From assembly GCA_040954595.2 (NCBI GenBank), contig CM082587.2, forward strand, positions 5,692,206 to 5,756,205: 64,000 bases of DNA. The letters run 5' to 3'. Both the position numbers and the translations under genes were made by a program. Shown piece after piece: positions 26,601 through 40,500 of the stretch. Within the stretch, counting starts at the first letter, position 1, and every line of letters starts with the position of its first letter. Source of the DNA: Balanoglossus misakiensis. Lineage: Eukaryota; Animalia; Hemichordata. The notes under the pieces were generated by a model. That model was given only the letters and a program-made list of their open reading frames with translations. It was not told where the DNA came from and did not search any database.

Positions 26601-29018
26601 TGATAAGAATGACCCCCCCCCCCTCCCCAGTGATATTGGAATGCTCCATGCCTGACTTTCAGTAACAAGTGTGTGTATGAGGCCTCTATTGACGGTCGGC
26701 GAAAGCCCACAGCACCAGGTAATGTTAAACTAATTAATACCCTGCATTAATACAATAGACGATGTTGACACATCGCATAGACCGCCTGTATGTGAGGTAA
26801 CTACCTTTGCAGTGGTCGCTGTAAGGAACCACAATGAGAATTTCCCTGCGTAGTCCCTCTCTCGGTCTCCGGGAATAACATATGGTCCTTGATTTCACTC
26901 AGTACCAACTCGGTAAGTTGGCTATTTCGACCATTATTTGTCATAAATTATGAACAAATGGAAATTGTCGGCACGCCAAAACTGTGTACAGCCTTCAACG
27001 GCACTTGCCCCATTGAAATTCATTATGCATTTTTTGTGACATAACTTAATAGATGGTATATAATGTCACCATGTTTTGACTGAACTATCCACCTTATCAA
27101 CAGTTAGAATCTAACTAAAATGTTGACAATCAGCAATCAAGTGACATTGCCTCGCATAATTACATATTCTCTAACCACACACATCTAGCAAAATTGATTG
27201 GCTGCTTCCACAAAAGTTCATATATATCATTAAAAGTTGAAGTGTTAAAAAAAAAACAATAATGGAATGCCTACGTCACTGATTATCAATGTAATGTCTC
27301 ATTTACCTGAAGTATGGTCCATTCTAAGCCCCGACGTTCCCATTGTAATGTTGATATTATTTCACCTGCACATTCCTGATACGTGTGGCAGATACTGTAT
27401 ACACATGGCTTGTTCGGTGTGGTGATTAAAATGTATGATATTTGGGGCAGTGACTTAAAAGATGATTCAGTTTTTAACCGTTAAAAACAACATATTGTAG
27501 AAATCAGCTAGAACTTTGTAATATAGTGAATTCAGATGTGAAACTCCATTGGATTTTTAAAGTTTCCATGACTTCTGTATGCTTAGCGTTCATTCATTGG
27601 AATTCTTTTTACGTCTCATACATGTATACAGACCAGTACTCCATAGAGTACATGCGTTAAATTATTGAATACAACAATTATCTCGCAAACAGGAAAGAAC
27701 AGTACAATCGGCCCACAGCTGTTCAGTGTACATGTATGAAGTATGTGCAGTTTCCTTTCTCCATCAAACAGAGTGAAATATTCAGTTGAATGCGTTTCTA
27801 TATTTAGCATTAAACTACACATCAAGTCAAACAGGAAGTCAGTTTGTGCATATTGTGAGTGAATAAAATTTAAAATCGCCGTGCTGTCACATGGTCAACC
27901 CTCGCAGTGACCATGGTTGTCACTTTGGGCCTCAGACTAAAACAGTTCCCTTTCTTATTGTTGAAATATGTGCATATTATTATGATCTTCTGAATCACAA
28001 ATTACCGTTTCTGTGATCGACACTTTTTATATAAAACGTTCTTGGAATGGCGATAGTTCAAATTTAAAATCATTTACAGTTAAATTGTAAATGTTTGTGT
28101 ACATTTCTAATCAGCGTGGTTGTATAACACCAGAACATGCGTGTTTGGTATCTGTGACATGATAGATTGTGGCGTTTCAGGGACATTATCACGACCTTTG
28201 CAATTGTATTTCCTCTTTTAGGAGATGAAAAGATATTTTTAATCAAAGTACCGTACAGGGCACTTCTGTATAATGCTGGCTGCGGTTGTGTGTAGTATTT
28301 TAGTAGTGTAATCTTCACAAGAAGGGTTGTTACTGAGTTTGTGGTCCCATAATAATCTGAGTTGGATTTTCTTAATCTGAATCAGGTCACTTGCCAGTGA
28401 AGGGTTATTGAAATCACCTCAATGGGAGGATGTAAAAAATCAAAATTGAACAATGTAAGCAGCTGGGCAGTAAATCTGTGTTTAAGTGTGTGTTATGTTG
28501 AGCTTATCTTCATAAATGACAACTGGTTCTGATCGACTGACAATGGAGTCTCCACGTGTTGTATCTGTTATGGTGTCAATGATATACATGATGTACATGT
28601 ATGATGTCTTTAACGAAGGTGTCCAACAAGGATATATATATACACCACATGACATGTACCACAGAACACAACATGTGACACATGATGTACATCATGACAC
28701 ATAACATGTAAATAGCGTGGAATACTTCAATGAATCATTGGGACATTTTTAGAAATGATCTCTCTCAGCTGTGGCATTATGAATAATCCTATACATGCTA
28801 CATGTTAACAATGGTTAACATGATAATTAATTAATTAATTTGTGTGTTTGTTTGTTTGTTTACAGATCTTGAGGTGGCTGTAAAATGCCAACAAGGGGAC
28901 CACACCTAGACCAGGGCAATATCAACTACAGGTAACAGGGCAGACAGATACAAGAAAGACACCCACCCAGCGAGACACACACACCCTCCCCTTTCGCCTC
29001 CCCTCCATTAACGCCATC

Positions 29019-32000
29019 ATGGCAGACAGCAATGCTACGAGCGATGACAAGGGGAATGCGAGTGTCGGCAGTAGGCCGAAGATTGACCCGGACGACTTCA
29101 AGTCGATCAAGAAAGTCAATGTGCCAGGTTAGTGTTTTGTGTTCAAAAATGCATGGTGTCATTTGAATTTCATGTCAATTAAATCATCCAGGTATGCAGA
29201 CAAACACGTTATGCTAATAAATTAATGCTGCTTTTATCAGGTCGTTACACAACCAGTGATTGTTGAATAAAGGCTGTGTGTAACAGTTTGAAATCACACT
29301 GTGAATAGCAAACCAATGTCTCGTCATTATGCAGACACTGACTTTTGCTGTTGTTTCTCTGAAGTCAGGAGATAACAGATTCAGTGCATGTTACTTGTAT
29401 AATATGAGTGTGTGTGTGTTCATATGTGTACTGAAAAACTTGTCTTGTTTTAGCAAGCTTTAAATTTGCCCTAAGGCATTTAACCCTTCTATATGTATTG
29501 TATTACCCTACAGTCTAATGTATGTTTTCTGGGTTTTTTTTACAGAACACATGCAAACTCTGTCACAGAATTCTGTGAACGATGACCACGATAACATCAT
29601 GGCCTACTCTCCACGATTTGCCTTTGACAGCGACGACTCTCACCCGTACCAGGAGGAACCGAGTCTCGAACTGAGCGACTTTGACGGGGCGGAGGACATG
29701 GAAGAACTGAATTTTGTCGAAGTGGAAGAGCCCAAGAACAAGCACGCGGCCGATATCGTGGACAACCTGGACGCGTACGGCTACGGGCCGAACCACCCGA
29801 CGCTCTCCCTGATCGAGTTCGAGGCGCTGGAGAAGCAGGTCTTCTCGGAGGAGGCGGAGAAACTGGGGAGCCAGATGTCGCCGAGAAACAAGAGGATGGC
29901 GGAGTATCTGAGGGACCAGGGGGTGATGTACGAGGACGACTTCGACGACAACTCCGCCGAGGCGGAGAACCTGAAAGAACAGGGCGTCATGGCGTCCGAC
30001 TCGGACGAGGAAGGAACCATCAAGGGGGACGATCTTCAGTCGCAGGGCGTTTTGCCGGAGGACTTCGACGGAATCCTGCAGAGCGGTTCCACCCCGGAGG
30101 GACTGATTGAAGAGGACGAGTTTGACGAGTTCGGGGTGATGAAGGAACCGGGACAGACACGGAATTACGGACAGACAGACGACAGCGAGCCCCGACAAGC
30201 CTCTGCCGACGGAAGCGTGGACATGATGAAGTACTTCGCCAAGACGCCCATGGAGGAGATCGAGCACAAGCCGATATCGCTGAGCCAGGACACGTACTCC
30301 TCCGATATCATGGACGTTGACTCGAAACCGACGGTCCCGGACGAGTCTTCCCAGAGTCTGCTTCCGGACAGCTCTGGCGACTATCAAGAGAACCTGAGCC
30401 CGGAGATTTCGCCGAGCGACGAATCCCAGAAAGAGAGGGAAGACTCCAAAGAGAGCCTGGGTTCCCCTCAGCGCAGCTTTGAATTCAGCACGCTGTCCAA
30501 GCAGACTTTCCCCGAGTATTCCTCTGTGGATGACTCGACACGGGATGAGGTTTTGGGCAACGGCGACGAGGGCAACAACTCGGACCTGAACAATACCTCA
30601 GAGACTGTCATCAACCTCTCCGACCTCCTGGACACTCCGCCAAAGAACGATTCTAAACAGAAATCCGAGAAGAGTCCAGACGCCGACCGGCCGCCTTCTG
30701 ATTCGCCCGTTCCCGACAGCACAGTGAAGGGTAAGCCCCCTACGGGTGTCGGGCCGCCAGCCAAGAGTTCCACGCCCAAGAACGACAAAGCCGGGGACGG
30801 AACCGTTACCGGGCGGACGACCCCGCAGAGGTCAGGTAGAGTGACCCCGAGCAAAACGGGCAGAACCACGCCCAAGTCGGGGAGGACGACGCCACTCAAG
30901 TCCGGAAGGACGACTCCGGGGGGCTCCGCCAGAGGAGGAAGGACCACCCCTTCGAAAGGAGGGAGGGAAACGCCCTCTAAAGGGGGGAAAGAAACCCCTT
31001 CCGGCAAAACCGGCCGAGTAACCCCCAAGTCTGGAAGAGTGACCCCAGGTGCTAAATCTGACGCTTCAGGCAGGACTACTCCATTAAAGAAAAGGGGTGA
31101 ATCACCGAGCAGAGGGGCGAGGAGCTCTGAGCGTTCGACGCCCACGAATAGTTATAAACCGTACCACAGCGATGACGACCGAGATCCCCCGAGCCAGCTC
31201 AGCAGTGGGCGATCCAGATTCACCAGCGACTCGCCGATGTCTTCCCAAAACGACAACTTCGGCGAGTCCTCCGTCTGCAGCACGGACTGGGAAAACATGT
31301 CTGACCACTCCAAGCACGATCTGACCACGCGGTTACGGCGAGAAGCCTCCTCCAGGAAGCAGGCCGACGAATTGATCGGCCAGCTGCAGCAGGACTACGA
31401 CGACTTGCTGCAGAAGTACGCGCTGGCGGAAGTCACAATTGATCAGCTCAGGCTGGGTGCTAAGGTAAGACAGTAGACCGGCATGGCCACTCAAGAAATA
31501 TGTTTTATATTATACAAAAATGTATATTATTGACCTAATATGTACATTAATTTGGCCACTTCATCCTCACACAGATGTTGATTTGTTGATTTATTGCAGA
31601 TTACACTGGAATCCAGTGCCCCGCTGCCTGGCCAGAGTTCAACAGGGACATTGTCCAAAGCCCAACAGCCACAGACCATCAACATGGGTCAGATGGGGCA
31701 GGCAAGGCTCAGCCCAGCACCACAAAAGGCAATATACTCTGATGGGGGCATGGGTAAGTCCAATTCATTATTTTTCCTGGTTTTGCATGCAGGGATCTGA
31801 GCTTACAATAAGCCAGTTGGAATGTGCTTCAAAGTATTTTCTGGTGGCTATAAGATGGAGGATTATTTTTAAAAGAGAAAAAACAAATCAGGTGGTATTT
31901 GACAGCTCTCAGTTTATTCCATGAATGCCTGGCCCCTGTAGGGATAAAGGGTTCATTAAGTGCTGAGAGAGTGGTATTTGTCTGTAGTGTGACACTGTGT

Positions 32001-35000
32001 CCGTAAATGCGTTGTGCTGTAGGCATCAGAGGGGACCCATTGAGTGCCAGCCAGACCACTGTCAACAGCCTGACCAGCAATAACACTAAGATACCGGAGA
32101 TTGATGAAGACGACCCTGTACTGGCGGCGGTCACCAGTTCCGAAAGCATGGCCATGGGGTTGCGATTTCAAGCCAAGAGTTTAGAGGAACAGGTGAGGCT
32201 TTTTTGTATATCTCAGTGTTCTAGTCTGAGTGATTGTGTAGAAATTCTACTGGTAATGGTTTTGCACACTGCTGTATTTTGTGGTGGGGTGATAATGGCG
32301 CCTCCAGTATTTGGAGTTTTGCATTTGGTTCACAGCACAAAAATACTGAAGATATAGCCAGAGGTCACAGCTAATGTCCCTTTAATTGTTGTTTCATTCC
32401 ATCTACTTTGTTCATTCATTTTCTGACTCTGGAAAATGTACCTGTCATCACCATTTTGGAAAGATGCCTGTCACATCACTCTAATGCTGTAATGCTTGTC
32501 AGTGCTACTGTATATCTTGGATTGCCAATTTTTATCGTGTGGTCCCATTTAACTTCTAGGAAAGTGTCATATTGAATGACCGCTTATTCCTTCCCTGCAG
32601 ATGGAATCCTTCCAGACTCTGATGGCCGAGAGTCCCCTCTCCCCGGACGACCAGAAACAGCTGTTTGACCGACTGAAGGCCCAACACGAACAGTTGGAGA
32701 GAGACTACTTGCACGCCAAAGAGGAACAGAACACCATCACGCGGCGCAACAACCTCATCTCTGGAAACTTCAACGAGATGTTCGACGCGGAGAAGGAGAT
32801 CGAGGGAGAGATCTTCCAGCTGGGAATGAAATTGGAAGACATCCAAGAAAAAGTGCAGGTCTGGACTTGATTTTTTTTTCTGTTGTGAGAAAAAAAATGC
32901 AATGAAAGTTACCCATGCAGGTCTTTTGGTGCAATTTGCACAGGTCTGTGTTTGGGTCTGTGTTTACTACAGAACGCAGATAAACATTGAAATTGAGGGG
33001 ATACTGTGACCACACACAGTTAGTCTCGACAGGGGTGTGGTGTTTGGTGAAGTTAACATTGTTCGTATAATTCACTTTGTATGGTGGAATTCAATGTTTA
33101 TATTGCTCACACAGCCCAACAGACCTAGCTTTAATAGCTCATAATATTGAGTGCTCGTGAAGGATAGTACATGTACCTTTGACAGTCTGTCAACACATAA
33201 TAGTAATACTATAAGTGGGCCGCGTCCCAGCCGTTGTAATTTGACACTTTCCTGGTTACTGCTATCGGAGCTTGCGACACAACTGACTCAATTCTTGCCC
33301 GGTCTTGTCGCAGGAAACGTTACGGAGTAGACCTCCGGAAGACAACATCGGCAAAAACGATGCCTTGCTGGCCGCCGTCGACCCTGACCTTGCAAGAAGA
33401 AAGCAGCATCTGACGCAGGAGTACAGAGCACTGCTAGACAGGTAAACAAGGTCAAATGTCAGCCTTTGTGGGTCTGTGAATTCTTTTAGCCGCAGAGTGG
33501 TTGTTTCTGTCGGGTCATTGCTATTAAATTCTTGAACACTTGCTTCGGCATTTATAAGGATAAGCTGAATCTATGTTTGTAATTAATACCTGCAGACATT
33601 TTTTGCAATTTTATGCCAGATAACGATTTACTTCTCTCAAAATCAAAGTCTTATTTTTTTCTCATAATATGCTCAAGGCAACTTTAGATTACTCTCTTAT
33701 AGAATAAAAAATTGGAGGTTTTTTTAATCAGATGGCCAAATTGTCTCAATTTGCAATTCAAAATGGTCGCCAATTTCTGTGTTAACTCCATGGCTGTATA
33801 CGTTAAAATTGACATTGTTGTATTCTGCTTGGTGTGTACAGGTATGATCAGTTGAAAAAGATGGCAAGGACACCAGAGAGGGACAGAGACCTGGATGACC
33901 TAGTGGAGGTGTGTATTCAATCTCCCTGTTTTAGAAGAAAACGGTGTCCTTATAGTATTCCAAATACCTAATAGTTTTCTGTTAGTCAGCAAGTCATGTG
34001 TATGTGTACAGACCATTGTTATTGACTGACTGCTATTTTTAAACAATGATTATGCACACATGGGCTAGTTTGAGACGATAAATAGTGTGCATTTTGTCCT
34101 GCTGTATGGGACCTAAACATTCACATAGTTTCTCAAAATGCATCATCCACATCTTTTCTTCCTAGGTACTCCGAAACCTACACAATGAGAACCCAGATTT
34201 ATTTGGTCATGAGTTACCTCAGCATATACAAGACGAAGACCTAGGCAACCAGCAAGGTATGCGTGTCTCAGATTTTTCAAATGTGTGTGGTTTTGGTTCT
34301 CAAAAAACACCAAGTTGGTATATTGAGTCAGTGAACAGCCGAATCAATTGCAAGTTGCCTCAATTCATGATGGAAAGAAACTCTGAAGTTGACACCAGAA
34401 TACCTGTATACTCTCCTGTGTTCCATGTCTTAGGTGGAGGTGTGTTGCCAGACAGATACATCAGTGCCAGCAACCCGTCGCTCTACCCGACTCACAGAGA
34501 AACAGACAGCATGTACTCGCCACTCTCTGCGCCGGCCATGTTCTCCCCACACGACGATCTGCACTATCAGGTAAGGAGCAATGACGCCCAGATCACAGTC
34601 GAAGAATCATATCCCCTATTGCTGTGAGCATTATAATTGTGCTGCCATTGTGCAGGGGAAAGCCCAGGAGACTGACTTGCCTCACCAAGTCCAAACTGAG
34701 CCTGAATGTAGACCTTTTTTTGCCAGTGGACATTCTGTACAAGAGATGATGTGCCAAGTCATATGCTACACCTGTATGTGTATCACAGTTAGGGCCACAG
34801 TGTACATACGAGGCATGTCATTGTATTAAATTGGAAGGTACTAGATCTATCCTGAAACGCTGGCATATAGCAAACCCAAAACACGCACTTTAACTCACAG
34901 CTTTTTAGAGATATGCATTTGTCTAAACCACTCCAATTCATCTTCATCTCACAGAGTTCCGATAGTCTACAAGGTTCACCTGACTCAACGCCAGAAATGC

Positions 35001-38000
35001 AAAGAAAAACAAGCAGTAAGTATGCCGTAGTTTGTGTGTCTCTGCCAAAAATATATTTCCTAAAAACATTCCTGTCTTTTGAAACATATCGAGAATATTA
35101 GTTGTGGTAAATATGTCTGTCATATGTGAGATTCCTTTAGTTTGAAATGACATGAGAAAATGCAGGACAATTGATTACTTGATTGAATATTTTAGTTACA
35201 TATTCTATTTGCATGCTGTTTACACAAGCTATACCATTCAAAATAATTCTAAAGCAGGCTACGGTCCTAGCAGCATACCAAGATGGTCCGGCCATGCAAG
35301 TCCAAGTCCGTCTTCCTCGCCAGAAATGGCCAGGAAATCGCAACAGCAATATGGCCGCCAAGCTGACAGTGGACGATCGACTCCGAGCATCGCCAGACAC
35401 CAGCAGCCGGGACCCGCAGACTACGGCCGTGGCAGGAGTCAGAAATACCCCGGACAGCGGCCACTGGAGGGCGATGTTGACAGTGGATTTGTCGGCTCCG
35501 AGGGCAGCCGGTACAGCAACCAAAGCAGTTATGGAGGGTTGGGAAAAGACAGGTAAAGATTCATTTTGAAGTGATTTTCTCCAGTAATGTGTAATTAATT
35601 AAGATTTTTCAAGTAGGCTTGCAGTTGTGGAAGGCCGTGGTGCGATCTGAAATGATACAGTGCAATACAGTGCTATTTTCTCAAACTAATGTTTGATTGG
35701 CGTATGGATTTATGTACTGGATACAATACTAATAGTAGCAATAACTTGTACATGAACAGTACAAGAGTAATATGTAAGTGTTCCTTGCAGAAGTAGAACA
35801 GTAATGTCGTCACATTTTATGTGTGTGTTTTTTTTTATTTCATTTCTTCAGACTGGGATATCATTACCCCAGCCCGTCACCGGTCAGCCAACACCCGTCC
35901 TCTCTCTACAGCCGGCGGTCATCAGTGTCCACAGTGCAGGGTCACCGGGCCTCTGTGACCTCGCACTCCCACAGGTGGACGGAGAGCGAGGACGACATGA
36001 GCTACACCACCGGCAACGGCAGATCTGTGAAGTCGATGGATACGGTCGAGCGGTCCTCCAAGAGGGCCACACCAGTGAAGACACGAAAGTCACCAGCCAA
36101 TAGCGTTGGTAAGTGTACTTAATCATAGTGGAAGTAAAGATTATGTACATGTAATTATTCATTGACTTCTGTAATCTAGAGACTGTGAAGTACTGGTACA
36201 TCCAAGACTAAGAAAACTCACAAAAATCAGAGCAAGACTATAATTTTTGAAAGAAGGATGTAGTTGAATATTTTCACCTCATGAGAGTTTGGCAGAATCT
36301 AGACAAGAAGAGAACATGATTCTGTGAAACTCTCGGTAGATTTTATACGTTCTTTGTTTTCGTCTCTAATGGCATCTTGTGTTCTGTGACCCTGCAGACG
36401 TTGCAAAGCCGAGGCGGCCACTCTCTGGGCGATCGCGGGAGAGCAACGGCTCCACCAGGATGACCTACTACACCACGGACGACGAGGAGCAGAGCCGGCA
36501 GGACGCCCTCAAGCAGAGGGTACTGCGGGACAAGGAAGCCGAGCGGTGGGCGGATCCCGCCAAGCAGCGGGACAAGTTCGACACGGCCTCGGTGATGTCG
36601 CGCAGCAGCGTGAAGAGCGAGGCCATCCGCGCCCTCCACGAGGAGGTGCAGAAGCTGCGGAGCGAGATGAGCGCCACCACCAAGCGCTCCGAGGAGCGAC
36701 GCAAGCACCCGCCGCCCCTGCACGAGGACCTGCAGGCGAGGGCGTACGAGATGCCGGCCTTCGAGAGGCCCATGTACGAGCGCGACCGGGCGGTCAGCAC
36801 GCCCTACAGCATCAACAAGTACGGCACGGAGACCGACAGTCCCGGCTACCAGCGGACACAGTCTCTGCGCAGTCTGTCGAAATCCCACGAATCGATTCCT
36901 TCGGAGTTCTCGAGAGCCAGCAAGTCCCCCCAGGGATATTCCAGACAGCTTTTTGGGCTGGATAGGGATGCGGGTCACAGGTCAGGGTTCGAAGGTGAGA
37001 GACCAGGTCGCAGGTCAGGGTTCGAGGGTGAGAGACCAAGGTACGAAAGTCAGAGGTCAGGTGGCAGTAGGACCTCGCCGGTGAAGGAACAGCTGAGGCC
37101 AAGAGCGGGAAGACCTGCTTCTGGACTTGACAGATCGGGGTATGAAAGAGGACAGTCCGGTAGCACTGGCCAGCGGCGAACTGGGAGTCCAACCAAGCGG
37201 GGCCGCAGAGAAGAAATGCTGCGAGCGCTTAAAGATGACGTGCAACGCTTGCGAGAACAGATCCTGAAGAAGTATAATCCCAAGTTCAAACGGGATGCTG
37301 GCACGTCCATGCCCTACACGTCAACGCCCTATAGCGGCGCCCCCAGGAGAAGCCCAGTCAGGGTTCAAAGGTCGCTGTCTCCGATGAGGGCGTCGTCGCC
37401 CCTCCGACCGCCCCCGCCAAGAGTCTATCGCAGCGCCGACTACGGCGACGAAGGGATCGACTACGACAGAGGATACAGTGACTACCACGAGCGAGGCGGG
37501 GATCGCTACTTGGAGGACAGCTACGCGGACGAGAGACCGTACACGGCGTACGACAGCCCCTACGTCGACGCGTACCGGGGGCGCCCGGTCAGCCCGATCA
37601 ACCGGCCGCTCAGCCCGAGACACCGGTCAATGTCGATGCCGTCGTTCGGCGCGACCACCTCGCCGTGTCCTCTGTGCGGCGGCGCGGGCGTGCACACGCA
37701 CGGCGAGTACGCCTATCCCCCCGACAACCCCAGAGAGCAGCAGCAACAGCCACCACCGCCACAACCCCAAGCCTCCTTCGGTCCGCCGCAAGCCACCTTC
37801 GCCCCGCCGCCCAGATCCCAGACCCCAGCGGCGCCGCAGTACGGGTCCAACCCAGCCCTGACGGGCTACATGACAAGAGGGGTTGCCCAATCAATGCCGT
37901 CGATACCCACAGCAGTGGCGGCCGCCCCGGTTTACCAACAGCAGCCGCAGGCCGAGACTCCAGCAGGTTCCAGCTACATGTTATCCCAGCCTGCAGCAGC

Positions 38001-39067
38001 TACAACTGCTACAGCACCTCAGCCAGCCCAGCAAGGACCCATACATATCATCAGCCAAACTCCAGTCAGGTGGGCTTATCATTTTGGTACATTACCCTAT
38101 GCAACAGATACAAATTAGTTTTTACATCCACAGACTGTGATTTTTTTTTAAAAAGTTAATTATAGTTTTGACTCTGAAGAAACAGTTGCAGTATTGTCTG
38201 TTAACCACGTGTTGTTATTGTTACTGGGGATATCGTAAATAATGTTGGGAACTGTTGTTACCTGCAGACATTACACTTCGGCCACTAAGAAAGGAAAAGT
38301 GAGATATTTCACACAGTCCTTGGATGACGCCGAGACGGCCTCTGAAGAAGAAATCATATACCGCAGGTGAGTTGTCCCCTTTTGAATCTTGGAGGTGGGG
38401 CAATCGACGATAATCAACAATCATATTCAATGTATACCCGCCCGCGGAGAGGTATTGCTTCATTAACACCATTCTCCCCGAACTGTGCTTCCTCAGGACA
38501 AGTCCGCGCCGTGACACCAGAAGACGAGCCCAAAACTACCAGGAAGACCGGGCAGCTAAGGTATGTTATATGACCTTCATCTTGGATAAAGCCAAGCATG
38601 CAGCCTCCAAGTGATCCCCTTCATCTATGTCCTTAGCTGTGAGTTTTTGTTTTTTAGTCTTTTGAAGTTTTAGTTTTGAAGTTACTAAACTACATCATGC
38701 ACACCATTACTGACACGCTTATTGAACATGGTAATCTTGCACACTGCTTACACTACTAACACTTACTAAATCATTTGTGATTTCCAGCTTTTGTACAATG
38801 ATAGGTTCCTATTTGTTATATGTGTATATACCATTGGGACCTTATGGAATTGGTTACGTACATTGGTCTGTGTATGTATGTGTATTGGGCCATTTGTAAA
38901 ACAACCATGTTATATTGTGAAATTTCCTTTCTTAGATCGAAACTATTCGTCTTGGACTGTCACTTGAAGATGCCATAAGAACTGCCCAAGACCTCAAGAG
39001 GAAGTCTCGGAAAATGCTCTCAACTGTGCGGACCGACGTGGTGCAGGCCGAAATGTATGGAGACTGA
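29019..39067 (+). CDS. AKNA: AKNA-family protein (microtubule organisation protein AKNA-like), about 1864 aa in 16 coding exons
   Basis: Phase-consistent exons: 29019-29127, 29546-31464, 31600-31753, 32023-32192, 32601-32858, 33314-33441, 33842-33908, 34166-34256, 34452-34570, 34955-35015, ~35258-35552, 35852-36108, 36398-38069, 38268-38366, 38497-38560, 38936-39067. Motifs: AKNA domain (ADELIGQLQQDYDDLLQKYALAEVTIDQLRLGAK), EIEGEIFQLGMKLEDIQE, DSGFVGSEGSR, AIRALHEEVQKLR, CPLCG and the C-terminal helix LSLEDAIRTAQDLKRKSRKMLSTVRTD. Confidence 0.85.
36973..37038 (+). repeat. 33-bp in-frame tandem duplication in an AKNA exon, G(H/R)RSGFEGERP twice
   Basis: ggtcacaggtcagggttcgaaggtgagagacca followed by ggtcgcaggtcagggttcgagggtgagagacca. 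Confidence 0.9.
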
Positions 39068-40500
39068 GCTGGTCTAGTTTGAAAAACAAAGGTTATCCGT
39101 GTATCTGACTTGCGAGGGCGCCATTGAGAATGTTTCTTTTCCAGAAAAAGCTTTGGTTTTGGAAAACGTGGCATTAGTTGAGCTCTAACAATTATTTGAG
39201 AAAAGTTTGCCTATTATGCAATTTGAACACAGCAGTGTATCAAATCTCAGGAATATATATTCTAACAATATTTGCAGTCCACAAACACCTGAAAAAAAAC
39301 CCAGCAGACTTTGTATTTTGCAAAGAAACTAAACTATGCATCCTTTAACAGTATTTTTGAATTTTGCAGCCTTTCTCGAAACAAACTTGGCTTGCATATT
39401 TTGTCTGTCCAGAGTCCAGACCATTGTTGTTTATTTTATAAAAACTTGCATATTTTATCTTCATGTTTATGTTAGTCACATGACCCAAATAGGTTGAGTT
39501 TTGTCTTCCACAATTGTATGTTTTCCAAATGCAACAAGATTTTATGCAAAAAAGGTGACTGTTCGACATTTGGAGAAGCCAACATATTTTATCGCTTGTC
39601 TATAAACTTCAGTTCGATTAGTTTTGTGTAGTTTTCTTTCAAGTGTGTGTTCCACTAGAAAGTTCATTTTGATTTCGATGTCATTTTACTGTATTCTTCC
39701 AGCTATCTATACTCTTACCCGTATAAGCAGTAAGTTATTTTATAATAAGAACGACCAAATATACGTCTGATTTTTTTTCTGTTTTTAAATATTTCATGCC
39801 AATATAAGTATCTTCATCCGAAAGAGAAATGAGACTGATTTTTTTTTCTATTTCTAATCTCACAGCTGAGAGATTGTATTACGCATAATCAGCTGGCCGT
39901 CCATGTAATTATAACACAAAAAATTTGCACCTTTTCACTGTTCAATGAAAGCTTTGTTTCTGAATTCCATCCAATCAATGAATGAACCCATGTTAACTGA
40001 ATTTTAATTCTATTTAAGGATCAATGTGACTTGTTGTATTTTATTGTAAATTTGTGAGAATCTGGTGTTTTGGTCTGATACGGCAAGTCACTCTGCTGAA
40101 ACTTATTTATTGTGCAAGTGAATTGGGTATTTGGGGGTTAGTTGATGATTATTTTCATGAATGAAAGATGAGATGTTTTGCCGATGCCTTTGTACCATAC
40201 TGTATAGTGTATATATTGTATCTATGTACATTTATGACATAGACCACCAATCAGGCGGCTGTGGGTGGTTATTAACAAGTAAACTAAGGGACCCCAACAA
40301 TCCCACCAATCAGATAAGCCAAACTTTGAAATTATTGGGTCTACTAGGGGGTTTATGTAAAATAACTAACCAATCAGAAATATGATACAAGTTTTCCAAA
40401 CATACTAAGTTGCCTTACCATTTTAAACAGATTTACAGTATAGTTTTGATTAAAAAGTATTAATATTAGGAAATTGAAAAGCTTAAAATGCATATCTTCC

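Noticed and set aside
28580-28710. CATG/ACAT-rich quasi-repeat
   Set aside because: Degenerate low-complexity sequence with no stable unit.
29563-31145. Long minus-strand ORFs (274 aa, 225 aa) opposite AKNA
   Set aside because: Antisense shadows of a GC3-rich coding exon, with no domain features.
37100-37590. AT-hook motifs in AKNA (RAGRP, YRGRP)
   Set aside because: Only the GRP core is present without the usual basic flanks, in Arg/Pro-rich sequence where it occurs by chance.
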